Shown here: in pieces, positions 26,879 to 36,258 of the stretch | How the letters are laid out: each line of letters starts with the position of its first letter | How positions within the stretch are numbered: position 1 is the first letter of the stretch | Assembly: GCA_046116545.1 (NCBI GenBank) | Contig: CP175956.1 | Span: 513,734 to 577,733 of the forward strand | DNA: 64,000 bases | Direction of reading: 5' to 3' | Source of the DNA: Candidatus Moraniibacteriota bacterium | GTDB lineage: Bacteria; Patescibacteriota; Minisyncoccia; Moranbacterales; GCA-2747515 | The notes under the pieces: generated by a model | What the model was told of the DNA's origin: nothing | What the model saw: only the letters and a program-made list of their open reading frames with translations | Databases searched by the model: none | Translations under genes and position numbers: made by a program

Positions 26879-28096
26879 TTATTTTATTTGTTTTGTGTAT
26901 GGAGCTAATATACTGCAAATCTCTTTTGTTGCAGTAGGTATTGTTGTTGAGGCGAGGGGTAGTCTATAAGTCTTATTTGGAAGTTCTGAAATATTTTTAA
27001 TATCAGATTTATCTAAGTTTATATTAGATCTTTTCATATCAATAAGTGCGATTAATTTAGCCTTTTCATTTTCGTAAAATAAGATGAAGATTTGTCCTGA
27101 TGGATAATTTTCTTTCATTTTTTCTAAGATGGAATAAATATGATGCTTTTTAGCCTCAGTTTGTTCAATGTCTTTGTATGTAAGTGATGAAATGACAGTT
27201 TTTTCATTGTACTTTGATGTCGTAAAATTTTTCATAGCACGACCCCAAAGTTTCAATAGTGAAAAGGGAAGGTTTCTGTATAAATTTTGAATTATTGTTT
27301 GTTGACTTGCTCCAAGCTCTATTAATTTACTAGATAATGTCATGGATTTTGGAGTTGTTTTATTATTTTGAAAGCTGTGTGTTTCACTTATTATTCCAGT
27401 CAATAAACATTGAGCACAATCTTTTGATAAATTATCTTTTTGAAGTTGTTCAAAAATTTCAGCAACCACTTCAGATATAGAAGAAGCAATGTTACTAACA
27501 ATGTTGACTTGTCCAAATTGTTCATTTGAGCTTTTATTGTCTATATTAATAATGGGTAGTTCATAAAAAATATCAGGTATTTCTTCATACAATTTGCCCA
27601 TAGATTCTTTATCAGTTGCTCCAAGTGTAATAATTACATCAAATGGAAATTTGCCAGGTAAAAAAGAAAAATCACGTGAATCCACCATGCCTTTTTCAGG
27701 TGTTACGTATATTTTTAATTCTTCATTTAGGACTTCTGTTTTTACATCTAGAATTTTATTGTATTTTGTATTGAAAGATAGGATTAAATCACGAGTTCCA
27801 GATATTGAATGTGTAATTTTAGTACTAGTTGGTTTAGGTAAAAAACTAAAAAGTGAAATTTGTTCATAAGGGTCATTAAATGCGATTGTGGTTTTGATAC
27901 TTTTGAAGTCACAAAAATGAGCTATCGCAAGTGCTGCAGAAAACTGGTCACCTCTTGGATTTTCTGGAAGTAAAACTAAAACATGTTCACTATCAGTCAC
28001 AAGCTTTTCAAATTGTCTGATTTCCGATTTCGGCATGAGCGAATTTTTTCTTAACAGTTGATAGTGAACATTAGCAATACAAAAAGAAATTGTCAA
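26879..28096 (-). CDS. NrnA-like DHH/DHHA1 family protein with degenerate catalytic motifs
   Basis: 405 aa. Co-linear with B. subtilis NrnA (VLVLLPENPRGDQFSAALAIAHF vs HVRPDPDAYGS...). The DHH motif position reads IDNKS and the GGGH motif is not recognisable. Confidence 0.4.
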   Translation of the reverse strand: MTISFCIANVHYQLLRKNSLMPKSEIRQFEKLVTDSEHVLVLLPENPRGDQFSAALAIAHFCDFKSIKTTIAFNDPYEQISLFSFLPKPTSTKITHSISGTRDLILSFNTKYNKILDVKTEVLNEELKIYVTPEKGMVDSRDFSFLPGKFPFDVIITLGATDKESMGKLYEEIPDIFYELPIINIDNKSSNEQFGQVNIVSNIASSISEVVAEIFEQLQKDNLSKDCAQCLLTGIISETHSFQNNKTTPKSMTLSSKLIELGASQQTIIQNLYRNLPFSLLKLWGRAMKNFTTSKYNEKTVISSLTYKDIEQTEAKKHHIYSILEKMKENYPSGQIFILFYENEKAKLIALIDMKRSNINLDKSDIKNISELPNKTYRLPLASTTIPTATKEICSILAPYTKQIK

Positions 28097-28226
28097 TGAA
28101 TTTTGAAAATCTTAGAAAAGTACTCAATCGAATTGATTGACTTGGGATTAAAAAAATGATACATTTTTTTAATTAGTAAGTTCTTTGTAAAGATAGATTA
28201 AGTTTTTTCAAAAGGAGATTAATTTA

Positions 28227-28571
28227 ATGAATTTTTCAGTATCAGTGCAAAAAATAATAGCATTGCTGTCACTTTATGTGGAGGGCTACGTATTCGTTTG
28301 GGTATTAAATCATTTTTTTACATTACCAATTAGTAGTAGCATTGTGTATTTTATTGTTTTGCAATTTGGGGTTGTGTGGTTTGGTATTTTTGCCATAGCA
28401 ATTGCAGATGCGTATGATACAAGAAATAAAACATTGGATAACCTGTTTTATGGTCAAAAAGTAATTGTGGGAGGACCTAATTTTTTCATCGGAATTTTTG
28501 GTACAATAGCATGTATAATAGCTTTTCCTATGTTAATTATTTTGACTAATCTAAATTATGGAAAATCCTAG
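28227..28571 (+). CDS. Small integral membrane protein (hypothetical)
   Basis: 114 aa with 3-4 TM helices. Confidence 0.4.
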   Translation: MNFSVSVQKIIALLSLYVEGYVFVWVLNHFFTLPISSSIVYFIVLQFGVVWFGIFAIAIADAYDTRNKTLDNLFYGQKVIVGGPNFFIGIFGTIACIIAFPMLIILTNLNYGKS

Positions 28572-28582
28572 GGGTTTATTTT

Positions 28583-28616
28583 AGAGTGATGTTTATATAT
28601 AAACATCACTCTTTTA
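28583..28616 (+). terminator. Rho-independent terminator
   Basis: Perfect palindrome agagtgatgtttatat/atataaacatcactct followed by tttt. Confidence 0.7.
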
Positions 28617-29043
28617 AATTATTTTATTCTAGTGTCACCAGAAGTTATTTTAGAAATATCATTATATTACAAAAAAAATAAAAAAGGAGAAAGTAAATTT
28701 ACATTCTCCTTTTTAAAATTGTAGTATTTGAAGTTTTCAAAAAATGATTATTTTTAGCGGCTTATAAAAAGAGATTCCTTTATAAAAATCCTTTTTGGTG
28801 GAGCTACAGTAGGTGCCTGTATACAGAATCTATGTTGCTTCATGAATCTGTCACTATTGGACAAAATTGCTGCAAGATTAATCTTTGTTAAATCTAATTT
28901 TGCTTTTTTCATCAAGCTTCTCCCATATGTTGAAATTTATTCAAATGTTTTTAATAAACTAATCTACATTTATAATAGTTGGAAAATGAAGAAAACTCAA
29001 GAAATAATTGATTCTTTTGTAAAAATATCGTATTCTACAGGAG

Positions 29044-29505
29044 ATGAAAAATGCAACAACAGGCACAATAGAACAAACATATGAATTAGCTAGTGATTTT
29101 GTGAAAGAAATGGTTAATGGTGGTTTTTTAGTGTGTTTAGATGGTGATTTAGGTGCAGGTAAAACTACATTTACACAAGGTATTTTAAAAGAATTTGAAG
29201 CTCAGGGACCGTATACATCACCGACATTCAATATTATCAAAGAATATGATGTTAATAAATATGGTATTGAAAAAATTTATCACATAGATGCGTATAGAAT
29301 AGGTAGTGATGATATGGAACTCATAGGTTGGAGTGATATCATAGAAAATGATAAAGCACTTATTGTCATAGAGTGGCCAGAAAATGTCAGTGAAATATTG
29401 CCACAAAATAAATTCGTGATATCATGTGAATGGGTAAGTGAAAATGAAAGAAAATATAATTTTAACAGTGTCATTGCGAGGAGGCACAACGAAGCAATCT
29501 CGTAA
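29044..29505 (+). CDS. tsaE: tRNA threonylcarbamoyladenosine biosynthesis ATPase TsaE
   Basis: 153 aa. DGDLGAGKTTFTQGIL P-loop, canonical TsaE. The last 12 codons are encoded by a dispersed repeat. Confidence 0.8.
   Translation: MKNATTGTIEQTYELASDFVKEMVNGGFLVCLDGDLGAGKTTFTQGILKEFEAQGPYTSPTFNIIKEYDVNKYGIEKIYHIDAYRIGSDDMELIGWSDIIENDKALIVIEWPENVSEILPQNKFVISCEWVSENERKYNFNSVIARRHNEAIS
29469..29505. repeat. Dispersed ~37-nt repeat, family B (copy 1, single arm, inside the 3' end of tsaE)
   Basis: tgtcattgcgaggaggcacaacgaagcaatctcgtaa is near-identical to tgtctttgcgaggaggtacgacgaagcaatcttaaaa at 51017-51053. Confidence 0.6.
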
Positions 29506-29523
29506 AGAACAAAAAACAATAAT

Positions 29524-30306
29524 ATGAAAAAACCAATAGGAGTAGCACTCAGCTGCTGTGCATTTCTAGTATTGACGGGATGTCAGCAAGATAGTCAAAT
29601 AGCAAATAAACAAGCGCAACAGACCGAAAAAGCAAAGGGATATGTGAAAACATTGACTGATATAAATACGGAAGCAAAAAAGAATTTAGAAGATGCTGTA
29701 AATAAAGAAAATGATAAACTAGAAAAGGCACTAGAAGACACAATAGGAAAAGGAGACGTTGCAAATAAAGTAAATAATAATTCACAACAATCAAAAACTA
29801 TGGATAATATACCCCAGCAAATTAATATGGAATTTGCACAAACATGTAAAAGTGCAACATTAAAAACTAACAAAGGAGACATAACGATTAAATTTTATAA
29901 TGAAGACGCACCAGTAGCAGTTGCAAACTTCTGTACAATTTCAGATAAAGGTGATTATGATAATGTGGTTTTTCATAGAGTTATTAAGGATTTCATGATT
30001 CAAGGTGGTGATCCTGATGGGACAGGATTTGGAGGACCTGATTATAAGTTTGGTGATGAAATTCACTCAAATAACAAAAATAACGTAGGAACAATTGCGC
30101 TAGCAAATAGTGGACCAGGTACAAATGGTAGTCAATTTTTTATCAATACAGCACCAAATAATTTTCTAGATACAAAACACACAGTATTTGGTGAAGTTAC
30201 AGGAGGTATGGATGTTGTAACTACAATCGAAGAAGTAGAAGTAGGAGCACAAGATAAACCAGTTGAAGATGTGATTATTGAAAGTGTAGTATTGGTGAAA
30301 GAATAA
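29524..30306 (+). CDS. Cyclophilin-type peptidyl-prolyl cis-trans isomerase, probable lipoprotein
   Basis: 260 aa. Signal peptide with LTGC lipobox. ...VFHRVIKDFMIQGGDP...GPGTNGSQFFI cyclophilin motifs. Confidence 0.85.
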   Translation: MKKPIGVALSCCAFLVLTGCQQDSQIANKQAQQTEKAKGYVKTLTDINTEAKKNLEDAVNKENDKLEKALEDTIGKGDVANKVNNNSQQSKTMDNIPQQINMEFAQTCKSATLKTNKGDITIKFYNEDAPVAVANFCTISDKGDYDNVVFHRVIKDFMIQGGDPDGTGFGGPDYKFGDEIHSNNKNNVGTIALANSGPGTNGSQFFINTAPNNFLDTKHTVFGEVTGGMDVVTTIEEVEVGAQDKPVEDVIIESVVLVKE

Positions 30307-30333
30307 ATGTTGTACAAAATATGAGAATTTTGT

Positions 30334-30368
30334 AGTGGACGGTCATGACCGTCCACTATTTTTGATTT
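30334..30368 (+). terminator. Rho-independent terminator
   Basis: agtggacggtcatgaccgtccact + atttttgatttt. Confidence 0.7.
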
Positions 30369-30529
30369 TAATAATGTCGTTAAATGGATTAGTCCAGTGT
30401 ATTGGTATGCATGATATCTAAATAAAAAAGCCTTGACAAAACCTCTATTTTACTACATAATAGAGGCAAATAAAAGCTTCAAATTAAAGATGTATTTTTA
30501 GTAAGAATATTATTATTTATTACAATATT

Positions 30530-31006
30530 ATGAATATAATTGATAAAATCACAGGGATGATCTTTGGATTATTTGGGTCAATTATTGCAGGTTTTTGCGT
30601 ATCTCTAATAACATCCTTTTTAACAGACAATCAGTGGACTATATTATTAGCAGGTTTCATCATTGGAGTAACTAGTAGTTTTGCAAATGCATTTGGTCCT
30701 TTGGTATCTAGTTCACAAGTCTTAAGTGATAAAATTTATTCCAAAAGAGACATGGAGCAGGCAGTGGCATCATTTCTATTAACTTTTGTTGTGGTAAGTC
30801 TTCCGTTATTTCCTTATATATTAGTAAATGATCTAGTACTAGCTCGTATGATTTCTGTTATGACAGGATTAGTTTTACTATTTATTTTTGGAGTACAACA
30901 TGCTCAGTTGAAGCATTACTCACCATTACTATATGGATTCATGATGGTTGCTATAGGATTTGTTTCAGCATACATTTGTTCATATATTGCACATATTTTA
31001 ATGTAA
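30530..31006 (+). CDS. Integral membrane protein (hypothetical)
   Basis: 158 aa with 4-5 TM helices. Confidence 0.4.
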   Translation: MNIIDKITGMIFGLFGSIIAGFCVSLITSFLTDNQWTILLAGFIIGVTSSFANAFGPLVSSSQVLSDKIYSKRDMEQAVASFLLTFVVVSLPLFPYILVNDLVLARMISVMTGLVLLFIFGVQHAQLKHYSPLLYGFMMVAIGFVSAYICSYIAHILM

Positions 31007-31104
31007 ATAAAAGCCCAGAGAAAAAGCCCACAAATATTAATTTAATATATGTGGGCTATATTTCTGTAAATTGTAATGTTATACAATAAGTCCATTAAAC
31101 GTTT

Positions 31105-31413
31105 TTACTCTGAACAGGTGTGTAACGACCCATCTTTTTTGAAATAAGGCACTATAGCATTGCCTGAAGGATTTCTACTAGCTTTGCCTACGCGCAAATA
31201 CTGAACATCATTTACACATAAGATTTCAAAATAAATGTTATCTCTCCTGTCCTTTCTAGTATCAGTAGGGTGTGAAATGCGAGTGCCTACGATGTGGGTT
31301 CGTCCTCTTATAATTTTTTCTTTTGAGTGACATTGAGTACTAATTAATATTAATACAATAGCAATAGATAAAACTATAATTTTTTTCATGATCTTTTCCT
31401 CGATTTTTTTCAA
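31105..31413 (-). CDS. Small secreted protein (hypothetical)
   Basis: 102-aa ORF. Probable real start at the internal MKKIIVLSIAIVLIL signal peptide. Confidence 0.35.
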   Translation of the reverse strand: MKKIEEKIMKKIIVLSIAIVLILISTQCHSKEKIIRGRTHIVGTRISHPTDTRKDRRDNIYFEILCVNDVQYLRVGKASRNPSGNAIVPYFKKDGSLHTCSE

Positions 31414-31536
31414 GAGTTAATCTTCTGTTAACCTTTTTGTTAACTATGTAATATACCATAGCTATGAAAAAATAGTATAAAATGTGTTAAAGATGAAATT
31501 AAGGAAAAAATATACAGTTGGTTTTTTCCTTAAACA

Positions 31537-31565
31537 TTGACAAAACTAGCATATTTTACTATAAT
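31537..31565 (+). promoter_or_regulatory. Consensus sigma-70 promoter (TTGACA-17-TATAAT) for the trmB-like gene
   Basis: ttgaca (31537-31542), 17-nt spacer, tataat (31560-31565), about 30 nt before the ATG at 31596. Confidence 0.6.
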
Positions 31566-31595
31566 GAAAGTAATAACATAAATAATATCATTTTT

Positions 31596-32333
31596 ATGAA
31601 TAAGCTATATAAAGAACTCAAAATCTTTGGTTTAACTGAATACGAATCATTGGTATACATGGCACTTTTGGAGACGGGAGAAGCTAATATTGCGCAATTA
31701 ACTAAAAAATCAGGTGTAAATAGGAGTACTGTGTATTTAGCAATTGAATCTTTGAAGAAAAAAGGACTTATAAGTTCAGTAAAAAAACGAAAAACCTTAT
31801 TTTATGCTGAAGATCCGAGAAAAATGATCGATAATTTAGAAAGACAGAAAGAAAAGTTGGAAAAAGTTATGCCTAGTTTTTTAGCCATTTTTGCACTTCT
31901 GGATAAAAAACCAGACATTCGATTTTTTGAGGGAGAGGAGGGAATTAAAGAAATATATAAAGATATCTTAAAAACATCAAATCAAGAAATGCTCGCATGG
32001 TATTCCAATGATTACAAAGAATTTTTTGACAAAAGCTTTTTCTTTGATTTTTTTATACCAGAGCGAAAGAAAAATAAAATCTGGTTGCGAGCAATATATC
32101 CTGAAAATGAATCAATGAGAAATTTAGCAAGTAATAATGTAGAATCTTTACGACAGACTAGATTTATCAAGAATGACAAATTTAATATTGAATGTGAAAT
32201 TTGTTTATATGAAAATAATAAAATTGGAATTGTGTCATATAAAGATGAATTTGGAATTATTATAGCTAGCCAAAGTATTTTTAATACACTAAAATCCATC
32301 TTTGAAGTTATGTGGGATGGTGGTTCAGAATGA
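31596..32333 (+). CDS. TrmB-family transcriptional regulator
   Basis: N-terminal wHTH: MNKLYKELKIFGLTEYESLVYMALLETGEANIAQLTKKSGVNRSTVYLAIESLKKKGLI. Start moved from the ORF-track 31518 to 31596 because the promoter lies inside the 5' extension. Confidence 0.65.
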   Translation: MNKLYKELKIFGLTEYESLVYMALLETGEANIAQLTKKSGVNRSTVYLAIESLKKKGLISSVKKRKTLFYAEDPRKMIDNLERQKEKLEKVMPSFLAIFALLDKKPDIRFFEGEEGIKEIYKDILKTSNQEMLAWYSNDYKEFFDKSFFFDFFIPERKKNKIWLRAIYPENESMRNLASNNVESLRQTRFIKNDKFNIECEICLYENNKIGIVSYKDEFGIIIASQSIFNTLKSIFEVMWDGGSE

Positions 32334-32535
32334 TATTTATAGAAAATGTAGTCTTGATAATAAAGTATAAAGGGATAAGGTGAAATAGATGATAAGGCAA
32401 TGTTTAACCTTGGGACATTCAAAGGTTGGACCTTTTTTGCATACTGGGAGCAATGATACAAAAGCCCCCCATTCCTTTTAAAAGAGGAGGTTTTGGTAGT
32501 GGTAAGCAATATCAAAATTATTGAAGAATGTGGTT

Positions 32536-32570
32536 TAAACCCCCTCTGTCCTTCGGACATATCCCCCTTA
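32536..32570. repeat. Dispersed ~35-nt repeat, family A with UUCG-type hairpin (copy 1, intergenic)
   Basis: aaaccccctctgtccttcggacatatcccccttaa, compared with aaaccccctctgttcttcggacatctccccctcaa at 48994-49028. Contains the gtcc-ttcg-ggac tetraloop hairpin. Confidence 0.6.
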
Positions 32571-32765
32571 AAAAGGTGAGATGTTTATGGTTAATCTTTT
32601 ATGAAATAGCAATTAGATTACTAAACTTAGCTATCTAGTTGATATTTTTTGCGTAGATTGAGTAAGGGTTGTATTATTGTAGAGATAGGTTTTGTGTCTG
32701 TCCTTTAAGATGAAACATAAGACACCCACAAGGAGTGTCACTACAATTATTTATAAACAATTTTT

Positions 32766-35420
32766 ATGACAAAATCAGAAAAGAAAACTTTACTTTTACT
32801 TGATGGAAATGCGATTGTGCATCGGGCTTATCATGCTATTCCACCTCTTACCAATGACGAGGGAATTCAGACCAATGCTGTTTTTGGGTTTACTTCTACA
32901 CTTCTTACTGTACTTGAGAAATTTCAGCCGGATTATATTGTAGCTACCTTTGATTTGCCAGGGAAGAATTTTCGACATGATATGTACAGTGATTACAAGG
33001 CAACTCGCAAGGAAACTCCGGAAGATCTAATTCCTCAATTTGACCTTGTCAAAGATGTTGTGAGGTCAATGGGGATTGTGATTGCTGAGATGGAAGGGTA
33101 TGAAGCTGATGATGTGATAGGGACTATTGCAAAGCAGGCAAGTGGTGATAAAGTAGAGACAATTATTGTAACAGGTGATAAAGATACTTTGCAATTAGTA
33201 GATGATCATGCTCGTGTGTTTACAATGAGTCGAGGGATTCATGACATGGTGCTTTATGACAGAGAACTTGTAAAAGAAAAGATGGGAGTAACAGTTGAAC
33301 AAATTCCAGATTATAAAGGTTTGCGAGGGGATAGTAGTGATAATATACCGGGAGTAAAAGGTGTGGGTGAGAAGACTGCGATAGCACTACTCTCAGAATA
33401 TGGAGACCTTGATGGAGTGTATGCAAACCTTAATAATATAAAAGATGCATGGCGTAAAAAGCTTGAAACAGATAAAGAGAAAGCATTTCTCTCAAAAGAA
33501 TTAGGCATTATCAAAACTGATGTGCCAATAGAACCTATTAATTATGATTTTGCCAAAACTTCTGATATGACTTTTGATACTGCTCGTAAAATGTTTTTGC
33601 AAATGGGATTCACAAGTCTTTTGAAGCGTTTACCTGAAAATGGAGAAGATAAAAATAATGGAGAAGAAATAAAAATAAAAACATTGGAAGGGTCTCAAGT
33701 AAAAAAAACATTAGAGAGTTTAAAAAATAAAAAAACTGTTGTAGCTGTTGATTGTTCTGATGGCGTTATCTATGGTCTGGCAATTGTGGTTGATGATGAA
33801 TTGTTATATATACAAATTAATAAGGAGTCGAAGAACGTGTGTGTTGAGTTTTTGGAGGATGATAATATTAAAAAAATAATTTTTGATATTAAGGATATGA
33901 TGCATGAATTAAAAAAATGCAAAATTGTCCTAAAAGGTGGTGTACAGGATGTTTTGTTGCAGGCTTATATTACGCAACAAAACAAGAAGTTAAAGTTCGA
34001 TACATTGGTATTTGATGTGTTTGGTGTGATGTTGGAGAAAAAAGCCACAGGTGCACAAATGGCGTTGGAACTTAGGGATAATGATAATGAAAAACAAACG
34101 GTTTGTGAAAAAGTATATTATACAAATGGATTAGCTAGTCATTTTGATAAAAAAATTAGTGAAACGTTGAAAACTCAAAAAGAAAAAGCAAATATTCAAA
34201 CAATGCTGGATACTATGGAGATGCCACTCATTGAAATTTTGTTTAACATGGAGGAACGAGGGATTAAACTTGATAAAAATACGTTTAGTAAAATAGCAGA
34301 GTACATTGATGGAAATATAGAAGAATTATCAGAAAACATTTATAAGCATGCAGAAGAAGTATTTAATATTAACTCAACAAAGCAATTAAGAGTAATTCTT
34401 TTTGAAAAACTTGGAATTGATACGAAAGATATTAAAAAAACAAAAACAGGATTTTCAACAGCATCTAGTGAATTAGATAAAATTAGAGATGTTCATCCGA
34501 TAGTAGAAAATATTGAAAAATACAGAGAATTATTTAAACTTAAATCTACATATATAGATGTGTTACCGACTTTGACGGATAGTGAAAATAAAATTCATAC
34601 AACATTTAATCAAGCAGTTACTTCAACAGGAAGGTTGTCATCTTCTGAGCCAAATTTGCAAAATATTCCAATTCGTACAGAAGAAGGTCGGAAAATGCGT
34701 GATGGCTTTGTAGCGAGTGATGGATATGTATTTGTTAGTGCTGATTATTCTCAAATCGATCTGCGGTGCGTTGCACATGCAAGCGGAGATAAGACAATGA
34801 TTAAGGCATTTAATGAAGGTGCTGATATTCACACAACTACAGCCGCAACAGTAATGGGTAAAAATCCAGAAGAAATTACAAAAATTGAGAGAGCGAGTGC
34901 AAAAGAATTAAATTTTGGACTTATTTATGGAATGGGGGCACATGGATTTGCAGTAGCAGCTGGTATAAGTAGGGAAGAAGCAAAAGAATTTATAGCAACA
35001 TATTTTGAAAAATTTGCTGGTGTAAAGACATATATAGAAAATACAAAAAAAGAAGCGGCTGAAGTCGGGTATGTAGAAACATTATTTGGTCGTAGGAGAT
35101 ATGTGCCAAATATAACTGCAAAAAATTTCATGTTAAAAAGTGGAGCTGAACGTGCAGCAATTAATATGCCAATTCAAGGACTTGCTGCAGATATAATGAA
35201 ATTAGCAATGATAGCGGCAGATAGATATATTGCAAAAACATATAGTGAAGGAGACGTATACGCAATATTGCAAGTACATGATGAAATTATATTTGAGGTT
35301 AAAAAAGAAATTGTAGAAGAATTTAATAAAAATATAGTAAGAGTAATGGAAAACGTTTGTAAATTGTCAGTACCCTTAGTAGTGGATACGGAAAGCGGTG
35401 ATAATTGGGGAGAACTTTAG
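32766..35420 (+). CDS. polA: DNA polymerase I
   Basis: 884 aa. 5'-3' exonuclease N-terminus (LLLDGNAIVHRAYHA), polymerase motifs A/B/C (DYSQIDLR, RRxxKxxNFGxxYG, VHDEI). Confidence 0.95.
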   Translation: MTKSEKKTLLLLDGNAIVHRAYHAIPPLTNDEGIQTNAVFGFTSTLLTVLEKFQPDYIVATFDLPGKNFRHDMYSDYKATRKETPEDLIPQFDLVKDVVRSMGIVIAEMEGYEADDVIGTIAKQASGDKVETIIVTGDKDTLQLVDDHARVFTMSRGIHDMVLYDRELVKEKMGVTVEQIPDYKGLRGDSSDNIPGVKGVGEKTAIALLSEYGDLDGVYANLNNIKDAWRKKLETDKEKAFLSKELGIIKTDVPIEPINYDFAKTSDMTFDTARKMFLQMGFTSLLKRLPENGEDKNNGEEIKIKTLEGSQVKKTLESLKNKKTVVAVDCSDGVIYGLAIVVDDELLYIQINKESKNVCVEFLEDDNIKKIIFDIKDMMHELKKCKIVLKGGVQDVLLQAYITQQNKKLKFDTLVFDVFGVMLEKKATGAQMALELRDNDNEKQTVCEKVYYTNGLASHFDKKISETLKTQKEKANIQTMLDTMEMPLIEILFNMEERGIKLDKNTFSKIAEYIDGNIEELSENIYKHAEEVFNINSTKQLRVILFEKLGIDTKDIKKTKTGFSTASSELDKIRDVHPIVENIEKYRELFKLKSTYIDVLPTLTDSENKIHTTFNQAVTSTGRLSSSEPNLQNIPIRTEEGRKMRDGFVASDGYVFVSADYSQIDLRCVAHASGDKTMIKAFNEGADIHTTTAATVMGKNPEEITKIERASAKELNFGLIYGMGAHGFAVAAGISREEAKEFIATYFEKFAGVKTYIENTKKEAAEVGYVETLFGRRRYVPNITAKNFMLKSGAERAAINMPIQGLAADIMKLAMIAADRYIAKTYSEGDVYAILQVHDEIIFEVKKEIVEEFNKNIVRVMENVCKLSVPLVVDTESGDNWGEL

Positions 35421-35427
35421 AATAATA

Positions 35428-35463
35428 AAATCCTGATTGATATTTTATCAGTCAGGATTTTTG
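35428..35463 (+). terminator. Rho-independent terminator
   Basis: aatcctgattgatattttatcagtcaggatttttt. Confidence 0.7.
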
Positions 35464-35483
35464 AAAAAGTGATATAACAGTTG

Positions 35484-35849
35484 TTATAAACGGTATGCTT
35501 GCAAAAGTGCTGTAACTTCACGTAAGCGAATTGTTAATTCGTCAAGTTCAGTAGTTAAGTACCCAAATTTTTGTGCTAGTGCCTCATTAATAAGGTTATC
35601 ATCTAGTGACTGTGTCCAACCAGTGATGTCATAAGATACAAGTGGCATCCCTGCTTTATTGCAAATTTTGATAACGATACTATTACATTTATGATTTTTT
35701 GTTTTCATATAGACATGTATCAAAAGAAGATGTTTATCATAACACAGTAAAGTATCAAAAGTTTCTTGATGTGGAGTGCATAATCCTTTTAATTCTCTAG
35801 CTTTCGATTCAGACACACTATTTAAATTAATTTGAAATGTTACCGGCAT
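35484..35849 (-). CDS. Hypothetical protein
   Basis: 121-aa ORF. No recognisable motif. Confidence 0.3.
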   Translation of the reverse strand: MPVTFQINLNSVSESKARELKGLCTPHQETFDTLLCYDKHLLLIHVYMKTKNHKCNSIVIKICNKAGMPLVSYDITGWTQSLDDNLINEALAQKFGYLTTELDELTIRLREVTALLQAYRL

Positions 35850-36258
35850 TATTTTTCCTCCAAGTGGAAAATTTTATGAGACAATTTTTATTGTCATATT
35901 TAGTGTGTTCCGCAACCATAATCTATCCACCCATCTTTTTTGAGAAGATTTCGACAGGCGAAACAGATATGATATTTCATTTGTATGTTTTTTTTCATTA
36001 TGAAAAAATCACATATTTTTTTATAACACTCATCACAATTATTATCGTATTTAACAAGAAATGTTAACATAATAAGCCTCTTTTTTTAAAGAATAGTTAG
36101 TGTTTTCTGATTAGGAAATAATAATTTTATCACATGCTACTTGCATGAGTATTCAATGATTGCATATAAAGAATATTTTGTACATAGTTTGTTTTTTGGG
36201 TTATAGTTATTCAATGTGATATACTATAAAAAGTGTTAAATAATTATTTAGTAAATTT

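Noticed and set aside
28842-29084. 80-aa ORF overlapping the tsaE start
   Set aside because: No RBS or motif and it overlaps the tsaE start. More likely the tsaE 5' UTR.
31518-31595. 5' extension of the trmB-like ORF (ORF-track start 31518)
   Set aside because: A perfect TTGACA-17-TATAAT promoter lies inside the extension. Translation more plausibly starts at the ATG at 31596.
32012-32560. 182-aa minus-strand ORF overlapping the trmB 3' end and the polA upstream spacer
   Set aside because: Overlaps a well-supported gene on the other strand, with low-complexity K/I/L-rich sequence.
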